Notes: generated from the sequence alone by a model not told the origin. A stretch of DNA of 25,873 bases from a virus (IMGVR_UViG_3300025646_000320:1-25873), one strand, 5' to 3'; shown: positions 9,001 through 16,886, numbered from the stretch's first letter. Numbers and translations are program-made.

Positions 9001-11935
9001 CCTGTGCGTATACACTATCCCAAGTGCCGCTAGCTGCTGCAACCTCAGCGATATCATCACCTTGATCGGCAGTAATACCTGAGAGGAAGGTAATATCAGC
9101 ATCGTTACCATCAATGACACCTGAGAGATAAGTAATGTCATTGTCGTTACGAGTGATGTTAATAGCGTTGTTATCTACAACACCAGAGACATAAGTAAGG
9201 TCAGCACTTTCTTCCCAGGAGTTGCTAAGGCTTACGACCTGAGCATATACACTATCCCAAGTTCCCGATGCCGCACGAACCTCGGTCATGTCATCACCAA
9301 GTTCACTGACGACTCCGCTGACATAAGTAATGTCGTTATCGTTAGCAGTGATGTTGGTGGTGTTGGTATCTACTACACCACTGACATATGTTATGTCAGC
9401 AGACTCTTCCCATGAGTCACTCAGTGATAGCACCTGTGCGTATACGCTATCCCAAGTTCCAGAAGCAGCGGCCACCTCAGCAATATCATCACCTTGAGCA
9501 GCAGTAATACCTGATAGGAATGTTATGTCGTTGTCATTGGCAGTGATATTAGCAGTGTTAGTAGCGATGTTACCACTGACCGTCCCAAGATTGGCGATAT
9601 CTGCCGTATTGGCAGAGATCAGGTTAGTGTTGCTAGTAATGTCGCTAGAGTTCGTGCCAATGTCGATAATGTTCTGTGAGACGACACCAGAGACATAGCT
9701 GATGTCAGCACTCTCTTCCCAAGAGTTGCTAAGGCTGAGGACTTGAGCGTATACGCTATCCCATGTAGCGCTGGCAGCGGCTACCTCTGCAATATCATCA
9801 CCTTGAGAGGCAGTAATACCTGATAGGAAGGCAATGTCAGAGTCATGTGCATCACTAACTCCAGAGAGGTAAGTAATGTCTGCTGCATTGCCATCAACTA
9901 CACCTGACACATAGCTAATATCTGCACTCTCTTCCCATGAGTTACTAAGGGAAAGAACCTGTGCGTATACGCTATCCCATGTAGCACTAGCTGCTGCTAC
10001 CTCAGCAATATCATCACCTTGAGCAGCAGTAATACCTGATAGGAAGGTGATGTCATTGTCGTTAGCGGTAATGTTGGTTGTGTTGGTATCTATTACACCA
10101 CTTACGTAGGTGATGTCTGCACTCTCTTCCCAAGAGTCACTAAGGCTAAGGACTTGCTGATATACGCTATCCCAAGTTCCAGAGGCTGCTGCTACCTCGC
10201 TAATCTTGTTGCCCTGATCACCTACAATACCTGACACGAAGGTGATGTCAGAAGAGTTACCATCGACTACGCCAGAGACGTATGTTAGGTCTGCACTCTC
10301 TTCCCAGGAGTCACTAAGGCTAAGGACTTGAGCGTAGGCAGAATCCCAAGTGCTAGACGCTGCTGCTATCTCAGCAATGTCATCACCTTGAGCAGCAGTA
10401 ATACCTGATAGGAAGGTGATGTCATTGTCGTTGGCAGTAATGTTAGTCGTGTTAGCATCAACTACACCTGACACATAGCTAATATCAGCACTCTCTTCCC
10501 ATGAGTTGCTTAGGGAGACGACCTGAGCGTATACACTATCCCAAGTTCCTGAGGCTGCACGAACCTCGGTCATATCGTCGCCAAGTTCACTTACAACACC
10601 TGAAACGTAAGTAATATCGTTGTCGTTGGCAGTGATGTTACTTGTGTTAGTATCGACTACACCACTGACATAAGTAATGTCAGAAGACTCTTCCCAACTA
10701 TCAGAGAGGGTAAGGACCTGAGCATAGACAGAGTCCCAAGTTCCAGAGGCAGCGGCAATCTCTGCGATATCATCGGTAGAAGCTCCCGCGATACCAGACA
10801 GGAACACGATATCAGCAGCATTCTGATCTATCTCTGCCTGGGTGCTGTTAGGGATGTCGTTAGTTCTACCTACACCAGTTACTTTGATGACACCATTGCT
10901 CTCATGAGAGCGCATGATGATACCAAGGTTCTGAACTAGTTCGTTTACCCCACTAGGTCTTGTATTTACTAGTCCACCAGCGGTTGTTGGTGACACGTAT
11001 ACAGTGGTGCCTTCGGTAAAGCCACTGGTATTCATGCCATCTGCCTTACCGAAGATAACAGCTACACCTTCTCCATTGATAGCAATGTCCTCGTATAGAA
11101 CACCGATAGCAGGCATTGAAGATGCAGCGTCAGCTTTAGCTAGCGCAACATACGCAGTGTTAGGGTTATGGGCTCCTGTAATATGAACTACATCACCCCT
11201 GCTCATAGCCGAGGTAGTGTTGTTATAGACCTTTAGATAGGAATCATCGTTATAGTCGTTGATCCACTTTTGAGCCGCTTCGTCCCAGACCAAGATCTGG
11301 TGGTCGTCAATAGCGCTAACAGGGGTTATGTCAGTGTCACCTAGACCAGAAAGATATCGAGGTAAGGATGCGGATGTCATCCAATCGGCCTCGTTAGCCG
11401 CAATGTAGGCAGATAGGCTGACAGTAGATCCTTCTACACTAGAGACTACAGAGGAGACATACGTTACGTCTGCACTCTCTTCCCAAGAGTTGCTGAGGGT
11501 GAGGACCTGGGCATACACACTATCCCACGTCCCTGAGGTAGCAGCGACCTCACTAATCTTATCTCCTTGGGATCCTACTTGACCACTGAGGAAGATAATA
11601 TCAGCAGGAAGACCCGATACGATAGAGGAGACATACGTTACGTCTGCACTCTCTTCCCAAGAGTTGCTGAGGGTGAGGACCTGCCGATATGCACTATCCC
11701 ATGCACCACTAGCAGTTTGAATAACAGTCTTTAGAAGATACTGGGGGTGATCGTTATCTCCTAAGCCAGCTAGATCTCCGTGTGAGAATGAAGAGAATAC
11801 ATGCTGTGCGAACTCATCAGCACTGGTGAAGCCAGTTCCTCCAGCAGCCTCAGGGATGGTGTCTCCAGGTTGCATCTCCCCGATAGTGGGGACACCTGAA
11901 ACATAAACGATACGTAGGGGGTAGTAATCTGCCAT
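1..11935 (-). CDS. Giant (>=3978 aa, 3'-truncated by window edge) repeat-rich virion fibre/adhesin-like protein
   Basis: ATG at 11935 with AGGAGA RBS (MADYYPLRIVYVSGVPTIGE...). The same frame reads correctly where checked near 2000 (ADISNLGSASGNWNSAYSQ) and at the edge (LKRFTTQHGQLDGLDQN). No stop-terminated long ORF appears in the track for this frame. Contains ~29 WEESAD repeats, NIATNT/NITAND coiled-coil repeats and the fibre motif KTVDGAGSNLDADLLDG. Confidence 0.9.
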   Translation of the reverse strand, partial: MADYYPLRIVYVSGVPTIGEMQPGDTIPEAAGGTGFTSADEFAQHVFSSFSHGDLAGLGDNDHPQYLLKTVIQTASGAWDSAYRQVLTLSNSWEESADVTYVSSIVSGLPADIIFLSGQVGSQGDKISEVAATSGTWDSVYAQVLTLSNSWEESADVTYVSSVVSSVEGSTVSLSAYIAANEADWMTSASLPRYLSGLGDTDITPVSAIDDHQILVWDEAAQKWINDYNDDSYLKVYNNTTSAMSRGDVVHITGAHNPNTAYVALAKADAASSMPAIGVLYEDIAINGEGVAVIFGKADGMNTSGFTEGTTVYVSPTTAGGLVNTRPSGVNELVQNLGIIMRSHESNGVIKVTGVGRTNDIPNSTQAEIDQNAADIVFLSGIAGASTDDIAEIAAASGTWDSVYAQVLTLSDSWEESSDITYVSGVVDTNTSNITANDNDITYVSGVVSELGDDMTEVRAASGTWDSVYAQVVSLSNSWEESADISYVSGVVDANTTNITANDNDITFLSGITAAQGDDIAEIAAASSTWDSAYAQVLSLSDSWEESADLTYVSGVVDGNSSDITFVSGIVGDQGNKISEVAAASGTWDSVYQQVLSLSDSWEESADITYVSGVIDTNTTNITANDNDITFLSGITAAQGDDIAEVAAASATWDSVYAQVLSLSNSWEESADISYVSGVVDGNAADITYLSGVSDAHDSDIAFLSGITASQGDDIAEVAAASATWDSVYAQVLSLSNSWEESADISYVSGVVSQNIIDIGTNSSDITSNTNLISANTADIANLGTVSGNIATNTANITANDNDITFLSGITAAQGDDIAEVAAASGTWDSVYAQVLSLSDSWEESADITYVSGVVDTNTTNITANDNDITYVSGVVSELGDDMTEVRAASGTWDSVYAQVVSLSNSWEESADLTYVSGVVDNNAINITRNDNDITYLSGVIDGNDADITFLSGITADQGDDIAEVAAASGTWDSVYAQVLSLSNSWEESADITYVSGVVDDNAADITYLSGVSDAQDADITFVSGIVGNQGNKISEVAAASGTWDSVYQQVLSLSNSWEESADISYVSGVVAQNIIDIGTNSSDITSNTGLISDNASDITYLSSVVSGVAGGDLAYVSGVVDANTADISNLGSVSANIATNTANITTNDNDITYVSGAVSDLSDDMTEVRAASGTWDSVYAQVVSLSNSWEESADITYVSGVVDTNTTNITANDNDITFVSGIVSDQGDDIAEVAAASATWDSVYAQVLSLSSSWEESPDISYVSGVVAQNQADVANLGSVSANIQSNTDDITFLGGVSAGIADNEADVTWLSGIVGGQGDKISEVAAASSTWDSAYAQVLTLSNAWEESADISYVSSVVDNNAINITRNDNDISYMSGIIDDNTADISNLGSVSANIATNTADIAYLGTVSGNILTNASNISANTADISNLGSVSANIATNTANITANDGDITYVSGAVSDISADMTEVRAASGTWDSVYAQVASLSSSWEESADITYVSGVVDDNTADISNLGSVSANIATNTANITANDNDITFVSGIVGGQGDKISEIAAASGTWDSVYSQVLSLSNAWEESADLTYVSGVVDNNALNITRNDNDISYMSGIIDDNTSDISNLGGVSANIATNTADITYLGTVSGNILTNATNISANTADINNLGSVSANIATNTANITANDNDISWVSGIVGGQGDKITEVAAASGTWDSVYQQVLSLSNSWEESADLTYVSGVVDNNAINITRNDNDISYMSGIIDGNTSDITYVSGVVDINTSAIENALDLSDITTYIEHGDLNGLGDNDHPQYLLSSVLAAASGVWQSTYNQVNSLSSSWEESADITYVSGVVDANTADISNLGSVSANIATNTANITANDNDITYVSGAVSDLSDDMTEVRAASGTWDSVYAQVLSLSNSWEESADITYVSGVVDANTADISNLGTVSGNIATNTGNISSNTADIGYLGTVSGNILTNASNITTNANDITALEADVANLGSVSANIATNTSNITANDNDISYVSGVVSELGDDMTEVRAASGTWDSVYAQVLSLSNSWEESADLTYVSGVVDDNTADISNLGSVSANIATNTINITRNDNDISYMSGVIDGKTSDISYVSGIIDDNAADISNLGSVSADIATNTSRSLGNLADINNLKAVSGSISVNTADISYLGAASGDWESVYSQVQSLSASWEESADISYVSGVVDTNTSNITANDNDITFVSGIVGDQGNKISEVAAASGTWDSVYAQVLSLSNSWEESVDITYVSGVVDANTADISNLGSVSANIATNTANISSNDSDISYLSSIIDANSSSIASALELSDVSIEFDSLVSSIHHGSLSGLGDNDHPQYLLSSVLAAASGVWQDTYNQVNTLSASWEESADITYVSGVVDGNTSDISYVSGIVDANTSAIEDVYDLSDIEAFIDHGNIAGLSDNDHPQYLLSSVFAAASGVWQDTYNQVNTLSASWEESADISYVSGVVDANTADISNLGTVSANIATNTSNITANTADITYIGTVSGNILTNATNISTNAGNITTNANDITALEADMANVISTSGNWDSAYSQVQSLSASWEESADITYVSGVVDSKVNKELLGHYIEPWTEGSGNQNAPTGWNSYSTSSLREFDTDPFGNQSIIWKAIDTDVTSDGEGGFNSGKVPADASSTYRFSCFIKQENTASGGVYFGNYAHSSLEGGTNDHRVDVRSAGAASGTGNINPYFISNLPMPSTDWYLAVAYLHAYQTETGPSTRQETGIYKVSTGEKVSFSITDRVFDDTTAIALGIRAYHFNNPAGTGDAIQFFQPRIDLVDGNEPSITDLLGIVPRTDYVLSSTNSALSSLVDDNTADITYVSGVVDSNTADISNLGSVSANIATNTSNISTNANDITALEADVANLGSVSANIATNTSNITTNANDITALEADVANLGSVSANIATNTSNISTNAGNITTNANDITALEADMANVISTSGNWNSVYGTVGSLSSTWDPDTAAEILTKIKTVDGAGSNLDADLLDGQQGSYYLNTGTATQDKNGLLRLDQVGVSKYIDSKTWSYGDFSSTSQMPTLRGFTVKPKGYGDDGKGIEFRYDTIQTAYLLDEHSGATYNILEGSDPGETLIKRFTRYTNNYFNLNSYKSASNAWEIEFSGFTISNSSWNYWKPLLLWHGTPGTSVGDITIEALEGDGTTWTTIFSGTMPTLPDQRDVIFPENYYATTTGSLKGMRLRIEGITGNCYLKMFGMTSKTSASFQWQMLKDGGNFYGNVYGKEDGLQTWYIEQAGTGVFKNLFAGGQDVSAAISEYNSNEYKWDANAADISNLGSASGNWNSAYSQVQSLSASWEESADISYVSGVVDANTADISNLGSVSANIATNTSNISTNTGNISDNAADISWMSGIVGGQGDKISEVAAASGDWDGTYSTVLANSGTWGTVYNDSALAAASGNWNSAYSQVQSLSASWEESADISYVSGVVDANTADISNLGSVSANIATNTSNISTNAGNITTNANDITALEADVANLGSVSANIATNTSNISTNAGNITTNANDITALEADMANVISTSGNWNSVYSQVQSLSGSWEESSDISYVSGVVDDNTADISYVSGVVDTNTSAIENALDLSDITTYIEHGDLNGLGDNDHPQYVLSSTNQALSSLVTSVEGSTVSLSGYIAANESTWSTDNDTTDHTQLTNIGTNTHAQIDGHIADITKHFTVASIDHGSIAGLGDNDHPQYLLSSTYADVSSFFPSVTRMPPINSSYSGLTEWTEGSGAMTDWNLYSIMEASSNIREYAPDPFNGSSIVWKAYDDGPHDTSPWEGGFFPTGSAQPIDASKSHRFSVFIKQHDNTIGSLLMGPHNTSNPLWAVVNQVNGVHNTNPYFKTAGDNPEVDEWYLWVGFVNASGTTTGSKNYGDLDGIYAMDGTRTDAGFSEYTFSSTTLNQSLRAFYYSDSANDAQIGASFWHPRMDALDGNEPSINDLLKRFTTQHGQLDGLDQN
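1200..11780 (-). repeat. Intragenic mosaic tandem repeats of the giant protein
   Basis: Recurrent modules WEESADI(S/T)YVSGVVD, NTADISNLGSVSANIATNT.NITANDNDI and QGD(K/D)I.EVAAASGTWDSVYAQVLSLSNS. The plus-strand anchor ctcttccca (or a near variant) occurs ~29 times by hand count. Confidence 0.95.
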
Positions 11936-11982
11936 ACTGTTCTCCTATTGTATTTACCTGCTTAGGAGATTATAGGCAGATA

Positions 11983-13476
11983 TCACTCGTCGCTAACATC
12001 TGTTGGGTTGATAATATCTTCGATCTCAGCAACCTTCTTCATGAAATCCTCTACGGACTCACCGTCTTCCTCAATAGCATCCTCTTCCTCAGTAGATTCT
12101 GAGTCTGGCTTCTTCTTTGAGGCTGGCTTCTTCTTCTTCTCAGCCACAGCCTGCTCCTCTTCTATAGCGTGGTCGTAAAGCTCAGACAGGATGAAATCTA
12201 CGTCCTCTTTACTATCGGTTAGAGGAGAGTTAAGAGCAAAGTCGCTGACAGGGCGGTCTGCGTAAACAGAGTCGAACCCAGACTCAGTGAAGAGGAACCT
12301 TAAACCAGAGTTTACGTCAATGGCCTGGACGCCGTTCTTACCCTTTAGCAAGGTAGACATAGAGGTTAAAGCCTCGCGCACAACGCTACCACGTGGAGCC
12401 TCTTTAGCAAGACACTCAAATATAAGAGACTGAGTGTTTAAGAGTGTGCGGAAGGTAGGAGCTTCTTTGAGGTTATTGATGTTAACACCATACTTCTCGC
12501 TAAGAAGAGTTCCGATTAGGTCTTTTAGAGGCTTCTTCATCTCAAACAATGTTGAGACGAACTCCTTTAGATCAGACTTGTTATACTCAAAGTCTTCTGC
12601 CACAATGTTTAAGCATCTAGAAACAGTGTTGGAAAGCTGCTTCTTGCTGATAAGGGCGAGGTAAGGAACCTCAGCAACTGCCTCCACAAGAGCCTTTTGA
12701 ATCTCCTTCTGATCTGTAGAGAAGATCTTCTCAGCTAGAGCGTTAATCTTAGGCTCGGAAACCCAGATCTGGTCGAACGACTTCTTGCTCTCTAGGATTT
12801 CACGGCTCACAAGCTCCTGCTGGCAGACCATCTCGTAAATGCTGCGGTTATCACCGAAGTCTACCTCATATCGAGCTTTCTCGGCAAGCTGCTCAAGACT
12901 CATACGATCAAGGTTGAATGCACGCGATACGGTATCAGAAAGTCTAAGAGCATGAGTAATCTCTTGGTTGGCAGCAAGAGACTCCTTATTCTCATTCATC
13001 CACTTGCTAATGTTCTCGGATACCTCTAGGAATCGCTGAAACTCGTCAGTGCCAACTATATCAAAGGTAGCATTGAAGGAAGCAGCTTGTTCAGTAAGAC
13101 GATCAACAGTCTTGTTAAACTTTAGCTGCGTGCCCCAGGACTGGATGATGTCCTCAAATGCGTCAGCAGCGGTCACTAGATCGTCTGAGTAAATGCTCTC
13201 AATTAAAGAAGAGACTCGGGCGCGGTTAGCTTCCTCGAATCTCTTCTCATCACTGAACACTTCTCCTGACTCGACCACGATATTATCGAATACCAGCTTC
13301 TCACCAAAGTAATACTGGCCTTGGATAACCTGACCGCTCTCTGTAACGAATGTAGCGATTGAATCTACATCGTCCACGGAGAACAGTCTAACTCCTTCAC
13401 GAATAGAATGTGATAAAGAGTCGGCAAGAAGATTTAGGTTTGATACTTTGCGGTTTCGCTGCTCGAAGAAGTCCAT
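11983..13476 (-). CDS. Acidic, helical 497-aa protein downstream of portal; possible prohead core/scaffold-type protein
   Basis: Long ORF with an acidic/basic low-complexity C-terminus. Lies directly after the portal. No family recognised, so function is inferred from synteny only. Confidence 0.6.
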   Translation of the reverse strand: MDFFEQRNRKVSNLNLLADSLSHSIREGVRLFSVDDVDSIATFVTESGQVIQGQYYFGEKLVFDNIVVESGEVFSDEKRFEEANRARVSSLIESIYSDDLVTAADAFEDIIQSWGTQLKFNKTVDRLTEQAASFNATFDIVGTDEFQRFLEVSENISKWMNENKESLAANQEITHALRLSDTVSRAFNLDRMSLEQLAEKARYEVDFGDNRSIYEMVCQQELVSREILESKKSFDQIWVSEPKINALAEKIFSTDQKEIQKALVEAVAEVPYLALISKKQLSNTVSRCLNIVAEDFEYNKSDLKEFVSTLFEMKKPLKDLIGTLLSEKYGVNINNLKEAPTFRTLLNTQSLIFECLAKEAPRGSVVREALTSMSTLLKGKNGVQAIDVNSGLRFLFTESGFDSVYADRPVSDFALNSPLTDSKEDVDFILSELYDHAIEEEQAVAEKKKKPASKKKPDSESTEEEDAIEEDGESVEDFMKKVAEIEDIINPTDVSDE

Positions 13477-13529
13477 GGATATAGTTAGGGCTAGTTTCTA
13501 TATAGCCTGCCAAATTGGCACATAACCCG

Positions 13530-15359
13530 TTAATTATCATATTTCTTTAAAATACGTAGCAAAGCTCTTGCTCTGGGGCTATCTGCACCCTCTTCTAGGA
13601 TAATCTGGTTACGAAGTGACTGTAGTTCTTCGTTCTTCTTCTTAGGCTTGGCCGCTGGCTTAGGCTTGGGTCTGGCCTTCTCCACTCTAACGTCATTCTT
13701 AGCCTGATTATCAGCCACTTGCATGTCGTTCTGAGCTTGGTTATTGGATACAGCCATGTCGGTTTGGCCTTGAACCTGCGTCTGCTGCATCTGTCCAGCG
13801 GCCTGGGCCTGCTGCTGCTGCGCCATCATGTCGGCCTCACGCTGCATCTGCTCTTCCTGCTCCTTCTCAGCCTCTGCCATGAGCATCTCGATCTCCGTTT
13901 CCGTCATATCGTAGAACTCTTTATAGATGTAGGACTTAGGGAATAGACCAGTTGCCATAACATTGGTGATAACCTCTGCCTTCTGAGCATCCACAGCCAT
14001 CTTACGCTTGATGAAGATGTCAGAACCATCAGGAAGAACAACTTCCATGCTGTTAATCTGGCTCTTGGGGTAGCCAATCATCTCCAAATGGCGTCTTGCA
14101 ATGAGTGTAAAGCCTTGAGACACGCTTTGAATGACCCTTTGGATAACTCTAGCGAACTTTACGTCCAGTTGGTCGAGGTTTGCCTTGCGCTCGGCTGATT
14201 TATCGTATTCTACGATGTAATCCTTGGGAACTTTGAGGGTTGCTAGGAGCTTATCTCTGAAATACTTAACGTCATCGACCTCTCCAAGGTTCTCAGCGCC
14301 CTTTAAGGTGTCTACTTTGGTGCCTTGGTTACCTCTAATGGGGATGAAGAAGTCCTCATCGACCGCTAGAGGGTTGTGGCGGCTATCAACACGGTTCTGA
14401 TTGGCGTATTTCTCCTTCTTGAAGCGCATTTTCATGGTTTCCATGAACTGTTCGGCCTTACCAGAGGGTAAATTACCCACATCGACGTAGAAAATGCGTC
14501 TTTCAGGTGCTCTAGAGAGGCGATAGACGATCATCGCGTCCTCCATTAGCTTAAGAGAGCGGTAAACTCGAATTGCACCGCTCATAATTGAACGTCCGTA
14601 GGGGTAATATTTGGGGTCAGACGTGTGAAGTCGGAAGTGAACTATCTGATTCTTGTCCAATTCGAGGTATTTGGAGTTGGAATTCATCCAATCTCCCTGA
14701 TTTACCTGTCTTTCTGGTATTTCCTGTAGGAAAGTCTTTAGTTGACCGAACTTATCCTCGATTCTTAGGATGTAGTAGGGGTTCAGAACCTTGATCTTAC
14801 GAACGCCTTGGTCCATAGCGTTGGCATTAGCTACAACTTCAATGAAGGAGTCACCATACTTACAGGTGCCACGGACGATGTCCCAGTAAACGTGGTCAAG
14901 CCTAATGCGCTTAAATAGGTTTTCAATCTCTTTAATGACCTCTTCTGAGTCTGACTTGACGACCCAACGCTTATTACGAAGGTCTTTTTGAGTAGATTCA
15001 TCAGCATAGATGTCTAGAGCAGCCGTAATTTCAGGATACTCGTCCATCTTCTCGAACTCATCATACCTACGCTTACGGTTTAGCTCTGCCTCAGGCATAA
15101 AAGGCAGACCTCTACTGTAGCTCATCCCAGGCTGACCGAGATCGACTACAGGAGAGTTAGGATTTACAAGAAGGTCTCCTTCAACATTGCGCGGATCACC
15201 TTTGATAGCGTTCTTTCGCTTAACCTCAGTGCTAAAGAACTTTCCAAAGATCTTAGCCATGTAACCTGTCGTGTATAGGTTCGACAGATCACCGTATCGG
15301 GTAGGGTTCCATGTGGTCATTCCAGGACCACTGTTCTCGTTCAGTCTCTCATCAGCCAT
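13530..15359 (-). CDS. Portal protein, T4 gp20-like
   Basis: Signature LMEDAMIVYRLSRAPERRIFYVDVGNLP..KAEQ, plus EDFFIPIRG..GTKVDTLKG..NLGEVDDVKYF. Adjacent to terminase. Confidence 0.95.
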   Translation of the reverse strand: MADERLNENSGPGMTTWNPTRYGDLSNLYTTGYMAKIFGKFFSTEVKRKNAIKGDPRNVEGDLLVNPNSPVVDLGQPGMSYSRGLPFMPEAELNRKRRYDEFEKMDEYPEITAALDIYADESTQKDLRNKRWVVKSDSEEVIKEIENLFKRIRLDHVYWDIVRGTCKYGDSFIEVVANANAMDQGVRKIKVLNPYYILRIEDKFGQLKTFLQEIPERQVNQGDWMNSNSKYLELDKNQIVHFRLHTSDPKYYPYGRSIMSGAIRVYRSLKLMEDAMIVYRLSRAPERRIFYVDVGNLPSGKAEQFMETMKMRFKKEKYANQNRVDSRHNPLAVDEDFFIPIRGNQGTKVDTLKGAENLGEVDDVKYFRDKLLATLKVPKDYIVEYDKSAERKANLDQLDVKFARVIQRVIQSVSQGFTLIARRHLEMIGYPKSQINSMEVVLPDGSDIFIKRKMAVDAQKAEVITNVMATGLFPKSYIYKEFYDMTETEIEMLMAEAEKEQEEQMQREADMMAQQQQAQAAGQMQQTQVQGQTDMAVSNNQAQNDMQVADNQAKNDVRVEKARPKPKPAAKPKKKNEELQSLRNQIILEEGADSPRARALLRILKKYDN

Positions 15360-16867
15360 GTGATGTCCTCATTACGTCCTTCTCCGAAGCTATACGACTT
15401 AAGAGGTGAGAGTGGTTTCTGTTCTCGGAACGTCTTATTCATAACGATCCCAGGATTCTCCTCTCTGTAACGTCTAGCTCCATAGATAGATAGTGCTAAT
15501 GACATCACTAGGTCATCATTTTGACCTGTATCTGCTTGGAAACGACCATTATCGCTGATAATGAACGTATTCAACTCCATTACAGTGCGCTTGGAGTTTA
15601 ATTTTACTTCAGATGTGCGTAGTGCTTCTTCCATCTCAATCAGCACTTGATCCCTGGTTTTAGTGGTTGTTTGGAACCCAGGCAGGCCCTTCTCATCGAA
15701 CCACACGTTGTCATATTCTAATTGTTCCCACAGGTAGTCGATTAGATTGTTTCCAATCGTATTACGCTCAATAAGTATGGGAGCTACGTTATACCTGTTC
15801 CCCTGCTCAAATAAGATACGTGCAAACTCGTTTATGGGGGTAGTGTTGCTGTAAAACTCAGCTACCTGCTCACCAGTCTGGAGATCGACCACCTGGAATG
15901 CGGAGTAATCACGCTCACGACCTAGAGCTACGTCAGCAGCAATGAAGTAAGAGGTAGTAGGATCAGGATCCTTCCAGACATACATTCGGTTGTTGTAAAG
16001 CCTATAGAAGTCCTCAGACACGTTCTCTAGCAGTGAGTTAAGGATCTGTCCCTCGATGAAGGTATCACCTGTTCCTAGGAATTCACACTCATACTCTTGT
16101 AGCCATTTCTTGTGACTAAGGTTAGCGCGTGTAGTCTTCTCCCATTCATCAATATTCATGGGAGGGTCTCGCTGCTCCATCTCCTTGTATAGCCAATCAA
16201 ACCCATCAACCCTGTTATACTCAGGGTGATCTTTCCAGTTGATTTGAATAGGGTTGAATGAGTTAGTCCCCTCTACAGCCCCTTCCCAGATCTGATGATA
16301 CCAGTTGCCTATACCGTTCACAGTAGACAGCACGAAAGCACGACCACCAGTCGAGATGATAGGATATACAGCAGCCCAAATAGTATCAATATGCTCAATG
16401 AAAGCAGCCTCGTCAATAATGAGTAGTGATCCAGATAGACCACGGCCTGATTGTTTACCAGAAGGACGAGACTTAATGTGGCTATTGTTTTCTAGTTTAA
16501 GGTTGTGAGCGTTAATCTGAGTAGCCTTAGGTCGCATCCACTCAGGAGTCTCATCATACATGATCTTAATACGATCAAGAACCTCAGTAGATTCAGTATC
16601 ACCCACAGATAGGATAACTATGGTTTGGTGTGAATTGAACAAGCACTTCCATACAGAATATGCAGCAGCGATAGTAGTGCATCCTGCTTGGCGAAACTTA
16701 CGAAGTATGTTGAATCGCTCTGTCTCAAGAGCGTTAAGTATCACCTTCTGGAAAGGGTATAGCTTGAATGGCACCATACCACGTATAGGGTGGACGACCT
16801 TGATATACTTGCTAATGAAGTATATTGGATCTTTCTTGCACCTTAGATACTCTTCCTTGTAATCCAT
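15341..16867 (-). CDS. Terminase large subunit, T4 gp17-like
   Basis: N-terminal EY.RC..DP.YF and FKLYPFQ, Walker A variant KFRQAGCTT, Walker B LLIIDEAAF, coupling motif STVNG, RNase H-like ADVALG...DYSAF...DDLVMSLA. Confidence 0.95.
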   Translation of the reverse strand: MDYKEEYLRCKKDPIYFISKYIKVVHPIRGMVPFKLYPFQKVILNALETERFNILRKFRQAGCTTIAAAYSVWKCLFNSHQTIVILSVGDTESTEVLDRIKIMYDETPEWMRPKATQINAHNLKLENNSHIKSRPSGKQSGRGLSGSLLIIDEAAFIEHIDTIWAAVYPIISTGGRAFVLSTVNGIGNWYHQIWEGAVEGTNSFNPIQINWKDHPEYNRVDGFDWLYKEMEQRDPPMNIDEWEKTTRANLSHKKWLQEYECEFLGTGDTFIEGQILNSLLENVSEDFYRLYNNRMYVWKDPDPTTSYFIAADVALGRERDYSAFQVVDLQTGEQVAEFYSNTTPINEFARILFEQGNRYNVAPILIERNTIGNNLIDYLWEQLEYDNVWFDEKGLPGFQTTTKTRDQVLIEMEEALRTSEVKLNSKRTVMELNTFIISDNGRFQADTGQNDDLVMSLALSIYGARRYREENPGIVMNKTFREQKPLSPLKSYSFGEGRNEDITWLMRD

Positions 16868-16886
16868 ATCCTATTATACCGATGAA

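Noticed and set aside
1055-11186. Track ORFs within 1-11.9 kb (e.g. 1296..1580, 3060..3416, 1204..1572)
   Set aside because: Antisense or off-frame shadows of the giant repetitive CDS.
1200-11700. DNA repeats as a CRISPR array or DGR template/variable pair
   Set aside because: Variation is mainly at synonymous positions within one reading frame. There are no unique spacers, no evident adenine-specific pattern and no reverse transcriptase in the window.
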